A stretch of 59,390 nucleotides of DNA, filler included, from Basidiobolus meristosporus CBS 931.73 (Eukaryota; Fungi; Basidiobolomycota), in assembly GCA_002104905.1 (NCBI GenBank). It is 4 parts of 4 records of this genome, joined end to end, with 100 filler letters (N's around TTAATTAATTAA, not from the genome) between each part and the next. Parts side by side here need not be neighbours in the genome. Positions count along the whole stretch, not along the records: positions 15,212 to 29,392 come from MCFE01001187.1; positions 29,493 to 44,390 come from MCFE01001165.1; 2 more parts are not named here. One strand, written 5' to 3'. Below are positions 25,140 to 35,653 of the stretch, one piece after another (position 1 is the first letter of the stretch; each line of letters opens with the position of its first letter). Under the pieces are notes generated by a model, which saw only the letters and a list, made by a program, of their open reading frames with translations, searched no databases and was not told where the DNA came from. Both the position numbers and the translations under genes were made by a program.

Positions 25140-25944
25140 GGGTTAGGGGGGAGACAGTCACCAACAGGTGAAATCTTTATTTCACTTGAAACAAAGAAGC
25201 CAGCACCACTGTTGTAGCTTTGATACAAGAGTGTGTAGCTGAGGGGAATTTGTAGGTAAGTTAATCAGAAGTAATGATAGTTCTTCAATGCTTAAGAGAC
25301 TGTTCAGTGGGAAGGGGGGTAGCAAGAGGACTAAGAATGATTTGTGAGCAATATTAATGAGGGGAATATAATAAGGATTAATATTCATAATAAAGAGAGT
25401 ATGCTGCTTCAGATATTGCTGCCAAAGGTCTGTCAAGTACTTCAGGTAGGCCAGGTTGGGTTTTTCTGACTGCAGAATATTACAGGCAAACACCTTAACT
25501 TCAGGATCTCCAAGTATAGTTCTCCAGCAGGAGCCAGGTGTAGTGTGATGTGCTTTCTTCCAAGCCTTTATCAGTGAGTTGCTGCAGTGGTGAAGTCTGA
25601 GATATAATCTGGTTCTAAGATAGAGTAGTCTGATCTTGTAGGGCATAAACCCAAAAGCACCAGGAATAGCATGTCTGTAGGGACACTCAGGCAAATGAGG
25701 CACCAAGGAGGTGATACACCAGACTGCAAACTTGTCAAGCTTAGTGCAATCTCTAGAAGTATGAGAGAGAAGTGGTAAGCTAAATTCCAGGACAGGGAAG
25801 ACCAACTGCTTGAGTAGAAGGAGGCAGCTGGGAGCTGAAGTTGTAGGAGGAGTAACAGCCAGTAGCTTGTGGAGTGCCTGTCTTGCCAGGATAATTCTCT
25901 TCTTCAGGTGTGCTCCAGAGTCTAGTCCAGTAGCAGGAGGGAAA
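25140..25944 (-). mobile_element. 5'-truncated copy of the telomeric LINE-like element (C-terminal region and 3' tail)
   Basis: Diverged match to 26651-27430 (GLDSGAHLKKRIILARQALHKLL...LVSKLQQ). Sense strand ends AATAAAGATTTCACCTGTTGGTGACTGTCTCCCCCCTAACCC. Confidence 0.92.
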
Positions 25945-26364
25945 GTCACCAAGATAGGTGATATCTTTATTTGATTTCAGACAAGTCTAACTACAAATAA
26001 AGAAGCCAGCTGGGAATAGAAGTTTCCCAAAGTAAACACTAAGTCCAATATGAATAAATCTAAGCTAAAGTTAAGGTAGTATCCCAGAGTACACTGGAAT
26101 TCAGGTTCATGGGGGAGTGAAGTAGATAAGCTTGCAAAAAATAATAATCTTAGAGGAAGAGGGTAACAGCAGGTGAAGGGGAGTTTTTGATAAGGGAAGT
26201 AAATCTTGAGAGCAGAGATTCCTCTAATGAGAAAGTCTTAAAAACTGGAGAATCAGGAAACTCTTTAAAGGTATGGTCAGTAGGTTCCCAGTAAAACTGG
26301 TCAGGGACATTTTGAGAGAATTGTTTGGCAATACTTATGTCAAGTACTACCTCCAGAGTGTGAT
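25945..26364 (-). mobile_element. Module C: 5'-truncated non-RT element with the same 3' tail
   Basis: Ends GGCTTCTTT...AATAAAGATATCACCTATCTTGGTGACTTTCC. Carries an ORF remnant (26150-26364) unrelated to the RT. Capped by TTAGGGTTAGGG at 26365-26376. Confidence 0.7.
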
Positions 26365-26376
26365 TTAGGGTTAGGG

Positions 26377-26634
26377 AGAGGAAAGTCACCAAGTGGTGAA
26401 ATCTTTATTTACTTATGACAAGTATCTAAAGAAGCCAAGTTAATCTGAAGTTATTCCTAGAAAGCTACGTCTGAGAGATATCTTCCTGGTAAGCCAGGTC
26501 TGAGAGTTGAGAAGCTGAGTGGTACTATATTTCCTAGTTAGCTAGGTCTGAGAGAGGTTTCCTGGAAAGCCAGGCCTGAAAAGTCAGAATCTGGATATAT
26601 CTGAGCTAAGTTATAATGGTTTGAGGTGGCTGAA
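26377..26634 (-). mobile_element. 5'-truncated copy of the SINE-like module B
   Basis: Near-identical to ~28677-28934, including the hairpin repeats and the tail; lacks the tRNA-like head. Confidence 0.85.
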
Positions 26635-28670
26635 GGGTTAGGGGGAGACAGTCACCAACAGGTGAAATCTTTATTTCAGTTGAAACAAAGAAGCCAGCGC
26701 TACTGTTGTAGCTTTGATACAAGAGTGTGTAGCTGAGGGGAATTTGTAGGTAAGTTAATAAGAAGTGATGATAGTTCTTCAGTGCTCAAGACACTGTTCA
26801 GTGGGAAGGGGGGTAGCAAGAGAGGTAAGAATGACTTGTGAACAACATTAATGAGGGGAATGTGATAAGGATTGATATTCATCATAAAGGGAGTGTGCTG
26901 CTGCAGATATTGCTGCCAAAGGTCTGTCAGGTACTTCAGGTAGGCCAGCTTGGGTTTTTCTGACTGCAGAATAAATTCAGCAAACTTCTTGACTTCAGGA
27001 TCTCCAAGTATAGTTCTCCAGCAGGAGTCAGGTGTAGTGTGGTGTGTTCTCTTCCAGGCCTTAATCAGTGGGTTGTTGCAGTTGTGAAGTCTGAGGTATA
27101 ATCTGGTTCTAAGGTAGAGAAGTCTGATCTTATAGGGCATAAACCCAAAAGCACCAAGAATAGCATGTCTGTAGGGGCATTCAGGCAAATGAGGCACCAA
27201 GGAGGTAATGCACCATACTGCAAACTTGTCAAGCTTAGTGCAGTCTCTAGAAGTAAGAGAGAGAAGTGGTAAGCCAAATTCCAGGACAGGGAAGACAAAC
27301 TGCTTGAGTAGAAGGAGGCAGCTGGGAGCTGAAGTTGTAGGAGGAGTAACAGCCAGTAGCTTGTGGAGTGCCTGTCTTGCCAGGATAATTCTCTTCTTCA
27401 GGTGTGCTCCAGAGTCTAGTCCAGTAGGAAGGAAAGGAAAGCCAAGATATGTAGCAGAAACCTGAGCAGGTAGAGTGGAGTTCTCCAAGTTGATGGGAGA
27501 GCCCAAAGGTACTATCTTTGCAATGGAAAGCTGGAGATTATTCTTCTGCAGATACTGGTGGATGGTCTGGGAGTCTTGTTGCACATTGGAGGAGGATATT
27601 CTGATGTCATCAGCAAAGAGAGTAACCAGGCAGTCAGCTGAGAGTCTTGGGAAATCATTCAGGAAGATGGCAAACAGTATAGGACCAAACACAGAGCCTT
27701 GAACCACTCCATTAGGAACTGAGAACACAGCTGATTGCTCACTTGGGTGCAGAATTCTTGCATGTGGATCCAGAAACAGAGATCTGACAAGGAGGGTGAG
27801 AGAGGTACTGGAGAAGCATTGCAACTTGGACCAAAGCAGATTTCTGTCAACTGAATCAAAGGCCTTAGTAATATCAAACAGAACAGAGGGATACTTGCAC
27901 TGGAGAGAGTGATCTTGGCTAAGTATGACTGCATATTCCAAGGAGAGGCCAGGAACAAAGCCAAACTGTGCAGGATGAAACTTGAGGGAGTCAGAGTAGA
28001 GCTCCTGAGCAAGCAGAAGCTCAAACACCTTTCTGCAGGTGGGCAGCAGAGATATTGGCCTGTAGGAGCTAGGATCCAGGTGCTTTCCTTTACCCTTGTA
28101 CAGTGGCAGAACATTTGCAAAGGACCATTCCTCAGGAGTAGAAAGCTGGGCTGAGCATTGCTGAAACAGTGGAAGCAGAAGTGCAGACATGGCCTTGGTA
28201 CTAGTCTTCAGAAGCTCATAAGAGATTGTGTCCACACCTGGAGCAGTAGAGTTGGGAAGCCTCTTGAGCTCATTATGGATTCTCCTTTGATCAAGTGCAA
28301 GTGGGATGGGCAGAGTCTTGAAGTCAGGATGAAAGCCAGGAGTTGAGTACTGCTTTGTAGAGAAGAAGATGTTAGCCAGCTGTTCTGTTGAAGGTAACTT
28401 CCTGGAAGAGGGCCTCATTGCCCTGTAGAGTCTTGATACTGCTCTTGTTATAGAGTTGGAAGATTGCAGAGGCAAGGAACTCATAATATGATCCCAGAGC
28501 TGAGTATGCAGAGTGTGGTGAATTGCCTTGGAGTGGTGTATTGCTGTCAGGAGGAGTTTCTCTGTTTTTGGGTTAGGGAAACTCAGGTAGCTTTGTTGCA
28601 GGGCTGAAACAATGGATTCCCATTTTCTTGAGGTAACAGCAGTAGTCTTGCATGGCAGTGAGAGGGAGGG
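26635..28670 (-). mobile_element. Non-LTR (LINE-type) retroelement with an uninterrupted RT ORF (26700-28691), 5'-truncated, no endonuclease visible
   Basis: APGVDTI (domain 0), YRPISLL, QFGF, DITKAFDSV, GVVQGSVFGP and LFADD. The C-terminus has no CCHC knuckle or PD-(D/E)xK motif. The ORF-track start is a TTG inside the upstream module's tail. Confidence 0.93.
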
Positions 28671-29195
28671 TAGGGGGAGGAAAGTCACCAAGTGGTGAAA
28701 TCTTTATTTACTTATGACAAGTATCTAAAGAAGCCAAGTTAATCTGAAGTTATTCCTAGAAAGCTAGGTCTGAGAGATATCTTCCTGGTAAGCCAGGTCT
28801 GAGAGTTGAGAAGCTGAGTGGTACTATATTTCCTAGTTAGCTAGGTCTGAGAGAGGTTTCCTGGAAAGCCAGGCCTGAGAAGTGAGAATCTGAATATATC
28901 TGAGCTAAGTTATACTGGTTTTGCGGTAGCTGAATTGTGGCCGGAATGGCCAGTAGACTAGGGGAACTGAGATGAATTTCTGGGCGATCACTGGCCAAAT
29001 TTACTAGGCAAATCTGACCAATTAGCATTTCAAGGATTTCAGCCTATCAGAGCCTTTACTTTGCCCGATGGTTGATCAAGCCATCTCCCAATGAGCACAC
29101 ATCAATTTATTGATCAAATTTTGCTGGATCCAGGATTTGAACCCACAACCATGGGTATGGAAGGGTTAGGGATAACCACAAGGCTAAGTGTTCTT
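28671..29195 (-). mobile_element. Candidate full-length tRNA-derived SINE (module B, ~520 bp) directly under the telomere
   Basis: Sense strand has A box TAGCCTTGTGG (29186-29176) and B box GGTTCAAATCC (29143-29133), 32 nt apart. No T4 run before the tail; four-hairpin body; LINE-shared 3' tail. Confidence 0.72.
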
Positions 29196-29239
29196 GGTTA
29201 GGGTTAGGGTTAGGGTTAGGGTTAGGGTTAGGGTTAGGG

Positions 29240-29280
<41 letters not shown>

Positions 29281-29392
29281 GGTTAGGGTTAGGGTTAGGG
29301 TTAGGGTTAGGGTTAGGGTTAGGGTTAGGGTTAGGGTTAGGGTTAGGGTTAGGGTTAGGGTTAGGGTTAGGGTTAGGGTTAGGGTTAGGGTT
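29196..29392 (+). repeat. Telomere (TTAGGG)n, ~32 units, one TTTAGGG variant near 29258
   Basis: Perfect repeats run to the contig end with the G-rich strand oriented 5'->3' toward the end. Confidence 0.98.
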
Positions 29393-29492
29393 NNNNNNNN
29401 NNNNNNNNNNNNNNNNNNNNNNNNNNNNNNNNNNNNTTAATTAATTAANNNNNNNNNNNNNNNNNNNNNNNNNNNNNNNNNNNNNNNNNNNN
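29393..29492. other. Artificial contig spacer
   Basis: 44 N + TTAATTAATTAA + 44 N. Confidence 0.99.
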
Positions 29493-29778
29493 CACCCTGG
29501 CCAGCTTCAGCAACTACGGCAAGTGCGTGAAGATCTTGGCCCCGGGCCAGGACATCACCTCTGCCTGGATTGGAGGCACCAGCGCATCCAAGAAGATCTC
29601 TGGCACCAGTATGGCTAGTCCACATGTTGCAGGTGTTGCTGCGTTGTACTTGTCGCAAGGTGGATTGAACACCCCAGCCGAAGTCTACACTGCACTCCAA
29701 TCCAAGGCCACCAAAGACGCCATTACCGGATTGAAGGGAACTACCCCTAACCTATTGGTATTCAACTCCAACCAGTAA
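29493..29778 (+). CDS. Subtilisin S8 protease copy 0, 3' end only (contig start)
   Basis: ISGTSMASPHVAG catalytic Ser motif; same C-terminus LLVFNSNQ. Confidence 0.93.
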
Positions 29779-30706
29779 AGGATCGAATAACCATAGTATG
29801 ATATACGCAAGATTGAATAAAGTCATCACATTATCTACCATAATTAAAATTTATGGAACCAAGACTAAAGACATATTGTGACTTGCAATAATGAGACAAG
29901 AAATGGCTACGCCACAAGTGCGACGATAATCCAATTTAGCTGGTCGCTGAAAATTTCCAGTAGTGTGGTGAGGTACGGAGTTTGGGAGAGAAATGGATTG
30001 GTTGGATAGGGCTCCCAATAAATTCGTCATATCGGCATCCTGCGAGCAATAATAACATATGAGAAAAACTGATTGTCAGTCTGGTGGCATCGGGGGAAAT
30101 TCAGGTGTTCTTTCCCGATATGTGGACAAGATCGACAATCGTATTGCATATTTAGTGCCAGAACAGGTGGATTTCTTGATTTGGGTATGTTTATTTAAAA
30201 TTTACCATGATCACGGATATTCTGTGGGAAGCCCGGTCTATGGAAGCTTTACTCCCAGCATTCCTTAAAATGGAAATCTACGTGAATTAGCCAGACTAGT
30301 AAAATGGTATATTCACAATCTTGCTCAGAGTATGGAAATGATCGGCAGGCAATCAAGGAGACGCATCAACATGTTCTATCAGCGTACTCGATGGCCAAGA
30401 GCAGGTGACCATGGCAATTTTTAAGATCCTAAAATACGACAGTATTCTGTACAGGTTTTTTGGTGCATAAGACGACTTGATATATCCAAGAGGATCATTC
30501 ATGAGAGAAATGCTGCACATCCTGTCGAAATCTATCTTGATTTCCGATAACCGTAAACATGGAGGTTTCCAAGGCACGAAAGTCCACGGTAGTATTGGTA
30601 TTGTAGTTAAATTCAAAGTATAGAGCCTGGAATAAATTATTTTGCTATAAAAGAGAGCGGCGGAATGTTAAAAAGCACAATCATTTCTTGAAGTGTCTAC
30701 TACAAT

Positions 30707-31970
30707 ATGGTCGGTTTCCGCACACTCACATTCGGCTCCCTGGTCGCCATTCTCTTGACTGCCCAGCTAACCGAAGCTCAAATTGTCGATGTCTCCAACA
30801 AGTACATCGTCAAGATCAAGGAAGGTGCTGACTCCAACAAAGGTAGGAATGCAAGATCGTGGCATGATTGACATACGAGGATGGTCTAACCAATGCCTGC
30901 CGTTGCTTACTGTAGTTGACCAATTCCTGAAGACCAAGCTTGACCAGTACAACCGCGGTCGCAGCGGTAACAATGGCCTGAAGAATGAGCTCAAGAGCAA
31001 GTTCTCGTTGGAGAGCTTCAACGCCTATGCCGGCACTCTCAGTCAAGGCTTGGTCTCCGAGCTCAAGGCTCACGGGGATGTTGAGTATGTCGAGGCTGAG
31101 CAAGTGTTCACCATCTCCGGTGTTCAGACTAACCCACCAAGCTGGGGACTGCCAAGAATCTCTCAGCGTGCTCGTGACACCAGTGCCCCTTACAACTACC
31201 CCGACTCAGCTGGCGAGGGTGTGGATGTGTACATCATTGATACTGGCATCAATGTCAAGCACACTGACCTCGGTGGTAGAGCCACCCTCCCCGTGAGCTT
31301 CATCACTGGTGAGGCCACCGACGACCTCAATGGCCATGGCACTCATGTGTCAGGTACTGTTGGCGGCAATACCTATGGTGTGGCCAAGAAGGCCAAGCTC
31401 ATCGGAGTCAAGGTGCTGAGCGGTAGTGGAAGTGGCACCACCTCGGGTGTCATCTCAGGAGTCAACTGGGTTGCCGAGCAAGCCAAGAAGAGTGGCCGTA
31501 AGAGTGTCGCCAACATGTCGCTCGGCGGTGGCAACAGTGAGGCACTGAAGCAGGCAGTCAATGCTGCTGTCCAAGCTGGTGTCACCTTCATTGTTGCCGC
31601 TGGTAATGAGAGCCAAGATGCCTGCAACGTCTCCCCCGCCAACGCCGCTCAAGCATTCGCTGTTGGGGCCACCACCATCTCTGACACTCTGGCCAGCTTC
31701 AGCAACTACGGCAAGTGCGTGAAGATCTTGGCCCCGGGCCAGGACATCACCTCTGCCTGGATTGGAGGCACCAACGCATCCAAGAAGATCTCTGGCACCA
31801 GTATGGCTAGTCCACATGTTGCTGGTGTTGCTGCGTTGTACTTGTCGCAAGGTGGATTGAACACCCCAGCCGAAGTCTACACTGCACTCCAATCCAAGGC
31901 CACCAAAGACGCCATTACCGGATTGAAGGGAACTACCCCTAACCTATTGGTATTCAACTCCAATCAGTAA
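30707..31970 (+). CDS. Secreted proteinase K-like subtilisin copy 1 (signal + I9 propeptide + S8), 396 aa; intron 30843-30915
   Basis: Exon 1 MVGFRTLTFGSLVAILLTAQLTEA-QIVDVSNKYIVKIK. 73-nt GTAGG...CTAAC...TAG intron. Catalytic triad motifs IIDTG, GHGTHVSG, GTSMASP. Confidence 0.96.
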
Positions 31971-32033
31971 ATCACTCATCATTTTTGTCATCGTTCAGAT
32001 GCAAATAAAAGTATCCGGTTAAATATTAACGTG

Positions 32034-32036
<3 letters not shown>

Positions 32037-32070
<34 letters not shown>
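32037..32070. repeat. (AT)17 microsatellite
   Basis: Direct read; much shorter in the homologous spacer near 37703. Confidence 0.95.
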
Positions 32071-32072
<2 letters not shown>

Positions 32073-34389
32073 ATAGAGGCACGCAGACCTAGTTTTATGA
32101 AATTGCCCCTGGCGACATTTGTTGACACACATATCATCTAAGAATGGAACTTATTTTACTAGTTTTGTTTACACCATGCGTAAATAATGCGCTGGATTGC
32201 TCATGATCCATGATAATAAAATTCGAATTATTTTGTTTGAACCATTTCGCAGGTGGCATCTCACTTGGCTGCATCAAATTTCTTCAGGTTCGAAGAAATA
32301 AGCAATCACATATAGGAAGCCATTTTTCTGTCCAGATAGTAATATATAAACCGGGGATTTCGTATTTTGAATCCCAAACATTGGTTTATTCTAAGATTAA
32401 ACCCTCATCGGAGCACCTTACAATAAGTAGAAATTGTTCAGTAGAATAATATCCAGCAATTTATTATACTTTGAATAGCAAGGAGAACTTGGGAAAATTG
32501 TTGAAAGCCATACGCTGAATTACTCATCAATGAAGTGTCGGACCATTTGGTCAGATTCGGATTTGGCAAGGATCACCACAATTTAATATAAGGTTAGTAC
32601 GAGTTTTTTGAAAAACCAAAGTAACATCTTGAAGAACAGACTTGAGAGATCTCATTCACTTCATTGGACCTCACACATCTTTTCTATGAGGTCAGGATTA
32701 TTTGAGTACAGTCAGACCATTTGGTCCGATTGGGATAATCTACTTGCAAGTTGATCATCGATTAGTGCGGCTGATCAAGTTATCTCGGTATTCCATTCAA
32801 TCAGTAATTGGAACATTTAACGCTGATTGATCAGCAGTGAATATTTCTCCGAAGTTTTCAGGAAGATGGTTTCTGAAATCAACGCTGGGCCATGCCCAAT
32901 AGCGTAAATCACGCACCAAAATCCCAGTTTCTCGCTTGGCAAATCCGTGACTCTGCTGTGAATATTGGGAGCGCATTTTGCGGTGGACTCTCAGCATCGA
33001 CCAGATACCTTCCTCACTGCCCTGTACAATTGTCGATTTGGCAGTTTGATGGCCGAACCCTATGATTAACTACTCTACATTTAGCTGACTACGATAATAA
33101 AATATTTGCATGTTAATTTAGTGTTTCGATGTCCTCCGTGCAGCTTTTACTATTCATTCACTATGACATTTTTGTCCTGATTACAGCCGTTTGTTGCGGT
33201 AGAACTTTCGTCAGGGGATGCAGGGAGGCTAGAGACTCGTACCAGTGCTCACCATCTTCCATGTTTCAAATACCGGTCAAAATGTCAGAGGTCTGTCCAT
33301 GGTATGGTAAGTATGCACGGTAAAGTGCAATCATGAGCGAACAAACCGGTAAAAGAGCATTCGGATGAAACAGTTTCCCATTTGTGATCATCAGGCCTAG
33401 AAGTGGTTCAAATTGTTGCTGGCAAGTTCATACCGCCAATATAAAAATAACCGATCCCAATTACTGGATTCCAAGTCTCTCATTTCAACTTCGTCCTCTT
33501 GAACCGTAACTTAGGCGGGTGAGAATTCACTAGTAGGAAGGTGATATTGCTGCGAATATTGATTGGTCTGGGTAAACGTGAAAATGCCCCGTATTTGCAA
33601 ACACATACTTGCCATCTCCAGAGCTCAAGCCAATTTACCATATTGAGGCCTAATAAGAACTCATAAACTTACCGGTGAGATCGGGGTCTCATACAACATA
33701 ACATACTTACCGGAGAAACCGTCAATCTCTAGCAAAGACTAGTTCACAAGTGGCTCCCCCGGTAATATACCTTCCACTCAAAATACCATGATAGGGGTTC
33801 ACTTGATACCAACGATTGTGACTGGTCTTCATATCTAGATCCTAGAGATCGAAGGAAATTCTTAGATGGTGCAAATGGTAATTTCGGCTGACGATCTAAC
33901 CAATTACTCCAAAGAAGTAAAAATTGAAGCATGCCGTTCTGAGCGAGGCTACCCTACATGTATTAGAATGTTGCTCCGAGTGAGGTTACTCAACATGTAT
34001 AACGCCCAGTCTTATGTAGCATGCCAAAGCAACTACAATGGTAATCAATGATATTTCTCATCAAGGGATGGAATGATGCACACAATATTCACACATGCAT
34101 TCCCGAAATATGGAAAAGATCATCGAGTGTTCCCATAGAGACAGGATCCGATTGATAGCAACATAGGTACATATATGGCTAAGAGTCATCGCATATTCGC
34201 AAAGGGATAAAGCTGGACGGAGTCCACATGACCTTGAGAAGTCGCATTGTTGTTGCATCATTTACACAATGCGTAATATGAACCATATAACATGAAGCGG
34301 GTGATGAGAATTATTTGGGCATCAAGGACTATAAAAGGTGACGAAAAAACATGAATTCAATCAACTAATAGCTTTACTGCTTAATCGCC

Positions 34390-35653
34390 ATGGTCAATCT
34401 CCGCACTTTTACCTTAGGCTCCCTTGTCGCCATTCTCTTGACTGTCCAGCTAACCGAGGCTCAAATTGTCGACGTCTCCAACAAGTACATCGTCAAGATC
34501 AAAGAAGGTGCTGACTCCAACAAAGGTAGGAATGCAAGATCGTGGCATGATTGACATAGCAGGACCGTCTAACCAATACCTGCCGTTGCTCACTGTAGTT
34601 GACCAATTCCTGAAGACCAAGCTTGACCAGTACAACCGCGGTCGCAGTGGTAACAATGGCCTGAAGAATGAGCTCAAGAGCAAGTTCTCGTTGGAGAGCT
34701 TCAACGCCTATGCCGGCACCCTCAGTCAAGGCTTGGTCTCCGAGCTCAAGGCTCATGGAGATGTTGAGTATGTCGAGGCTGAGCAAGTGTTCACCATCTC
34801 CGGTGTTCAGACTAACTCGCCAAGCTGGGGACTGCCAAGAATCTCTCAGCGTGCTCGTGACACCAGTGCCCCTTACAACTACCCCGACTCAGCCGGGGAG
34901 GGTGTGGATGTGTACATCATTGATACTGGCATCAATGTCAAGCACACCGACCTCGGTGGTAGAGCCACCCTCCCCGTGAGCTTCATCACTGGTGAGGCCA
35001 CCGACGACCTCAATGGCCATGGCACTCATGTGTCAGGTACTGTTGGCGGCAACACCTATGGTGTGGCCAAGAAGGCCAAGCTCATCGGAGTCAAGGTGCT
35101 GAGTGGTAGTGGAAGTGGCACCACCTCGGGAGTCATCTCAGGAGTCAACTGGGTTGCCGAGCAAGCCAAGAAGAGTGGCCGTAAGAGTGTCGCCAACATG
35201 TCGCTCGGCGGTGGCAACAGCGAGGCACTGAAGCAGGCTGTCAATGCTGCTGTCCAAGCTGGTGTCACCTTCATTGTTGCCGCTGGTAATGAGAGCCAAG
35301 ATGCCTGCAACGTCTCCCCCGCCAACGCCGCTCAAGCATTCGCTGTTGGGGCCACCACCATCTCTGACACTCTGGCCAGCTTCAGCAACTACGGCAAATG
35401 TGTGAAGATCTTGGCCCCAGGCCAGGACATCACTTCTGCATGGATCGGAGGCACCAGCGCATCCAAGAAGATCTCTGGCACCAGTATGGCTAGTCCACAT
35501 GTTGCTGGTGTTGCTGCGTTGTACTTGTCGCAAGGTGGATTGAACACCCCAGCCGAAGTCTACACTGCACTCCAATCCAAGGCCACCAAAGACGCCATTA
35601 CCGGATTGAAGGGAACTACCCCTAACCTATTGGTATTCAACTCCAACCAGTAA
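34390..35653 (+). CDS. Subtilisin copy 2; intron 34526-34598
   Basis: Same 1264-nt structure and triad. Confidence 0.96.

Noticed and set aside
26456-26574. Hammerhead ribozyme in the hairpin + CTGAGAG repeats or in the tail stem + GAAA
   Set aside because: The core needs CUGANGA; the sequence gives CTGAGAG, and no CUGA precedes the tail stem.
26700-28691. Penelope-like (Athena/Coprina) or telomerase RT identity
   Set aside because: Motifs APGxD, YRPISLL, QFGF, DITKAFDSV and GVVQGS are LINE-type, not the PLE DVxSLYTxIP / GxPMGSP pattern.
28755-28873. CRISPR-like array
   Set aside because: Only 14-bp hairpins with irregular, repetitive spacing; eukaryotic context and no cas genes.
29125-29195. 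Functional tRNA gene next to the telomere
   Set aside because: A and B boxes are present, but the acceptor and T stems do not pair properly.
30767-31892. Repeated antisense and alternate-frame ORFs over the subtilisin, DJ-1 and hydrolase genes
   Set aside because: Shadows of biased codon usage; they recur only because the real genes are duplicated.
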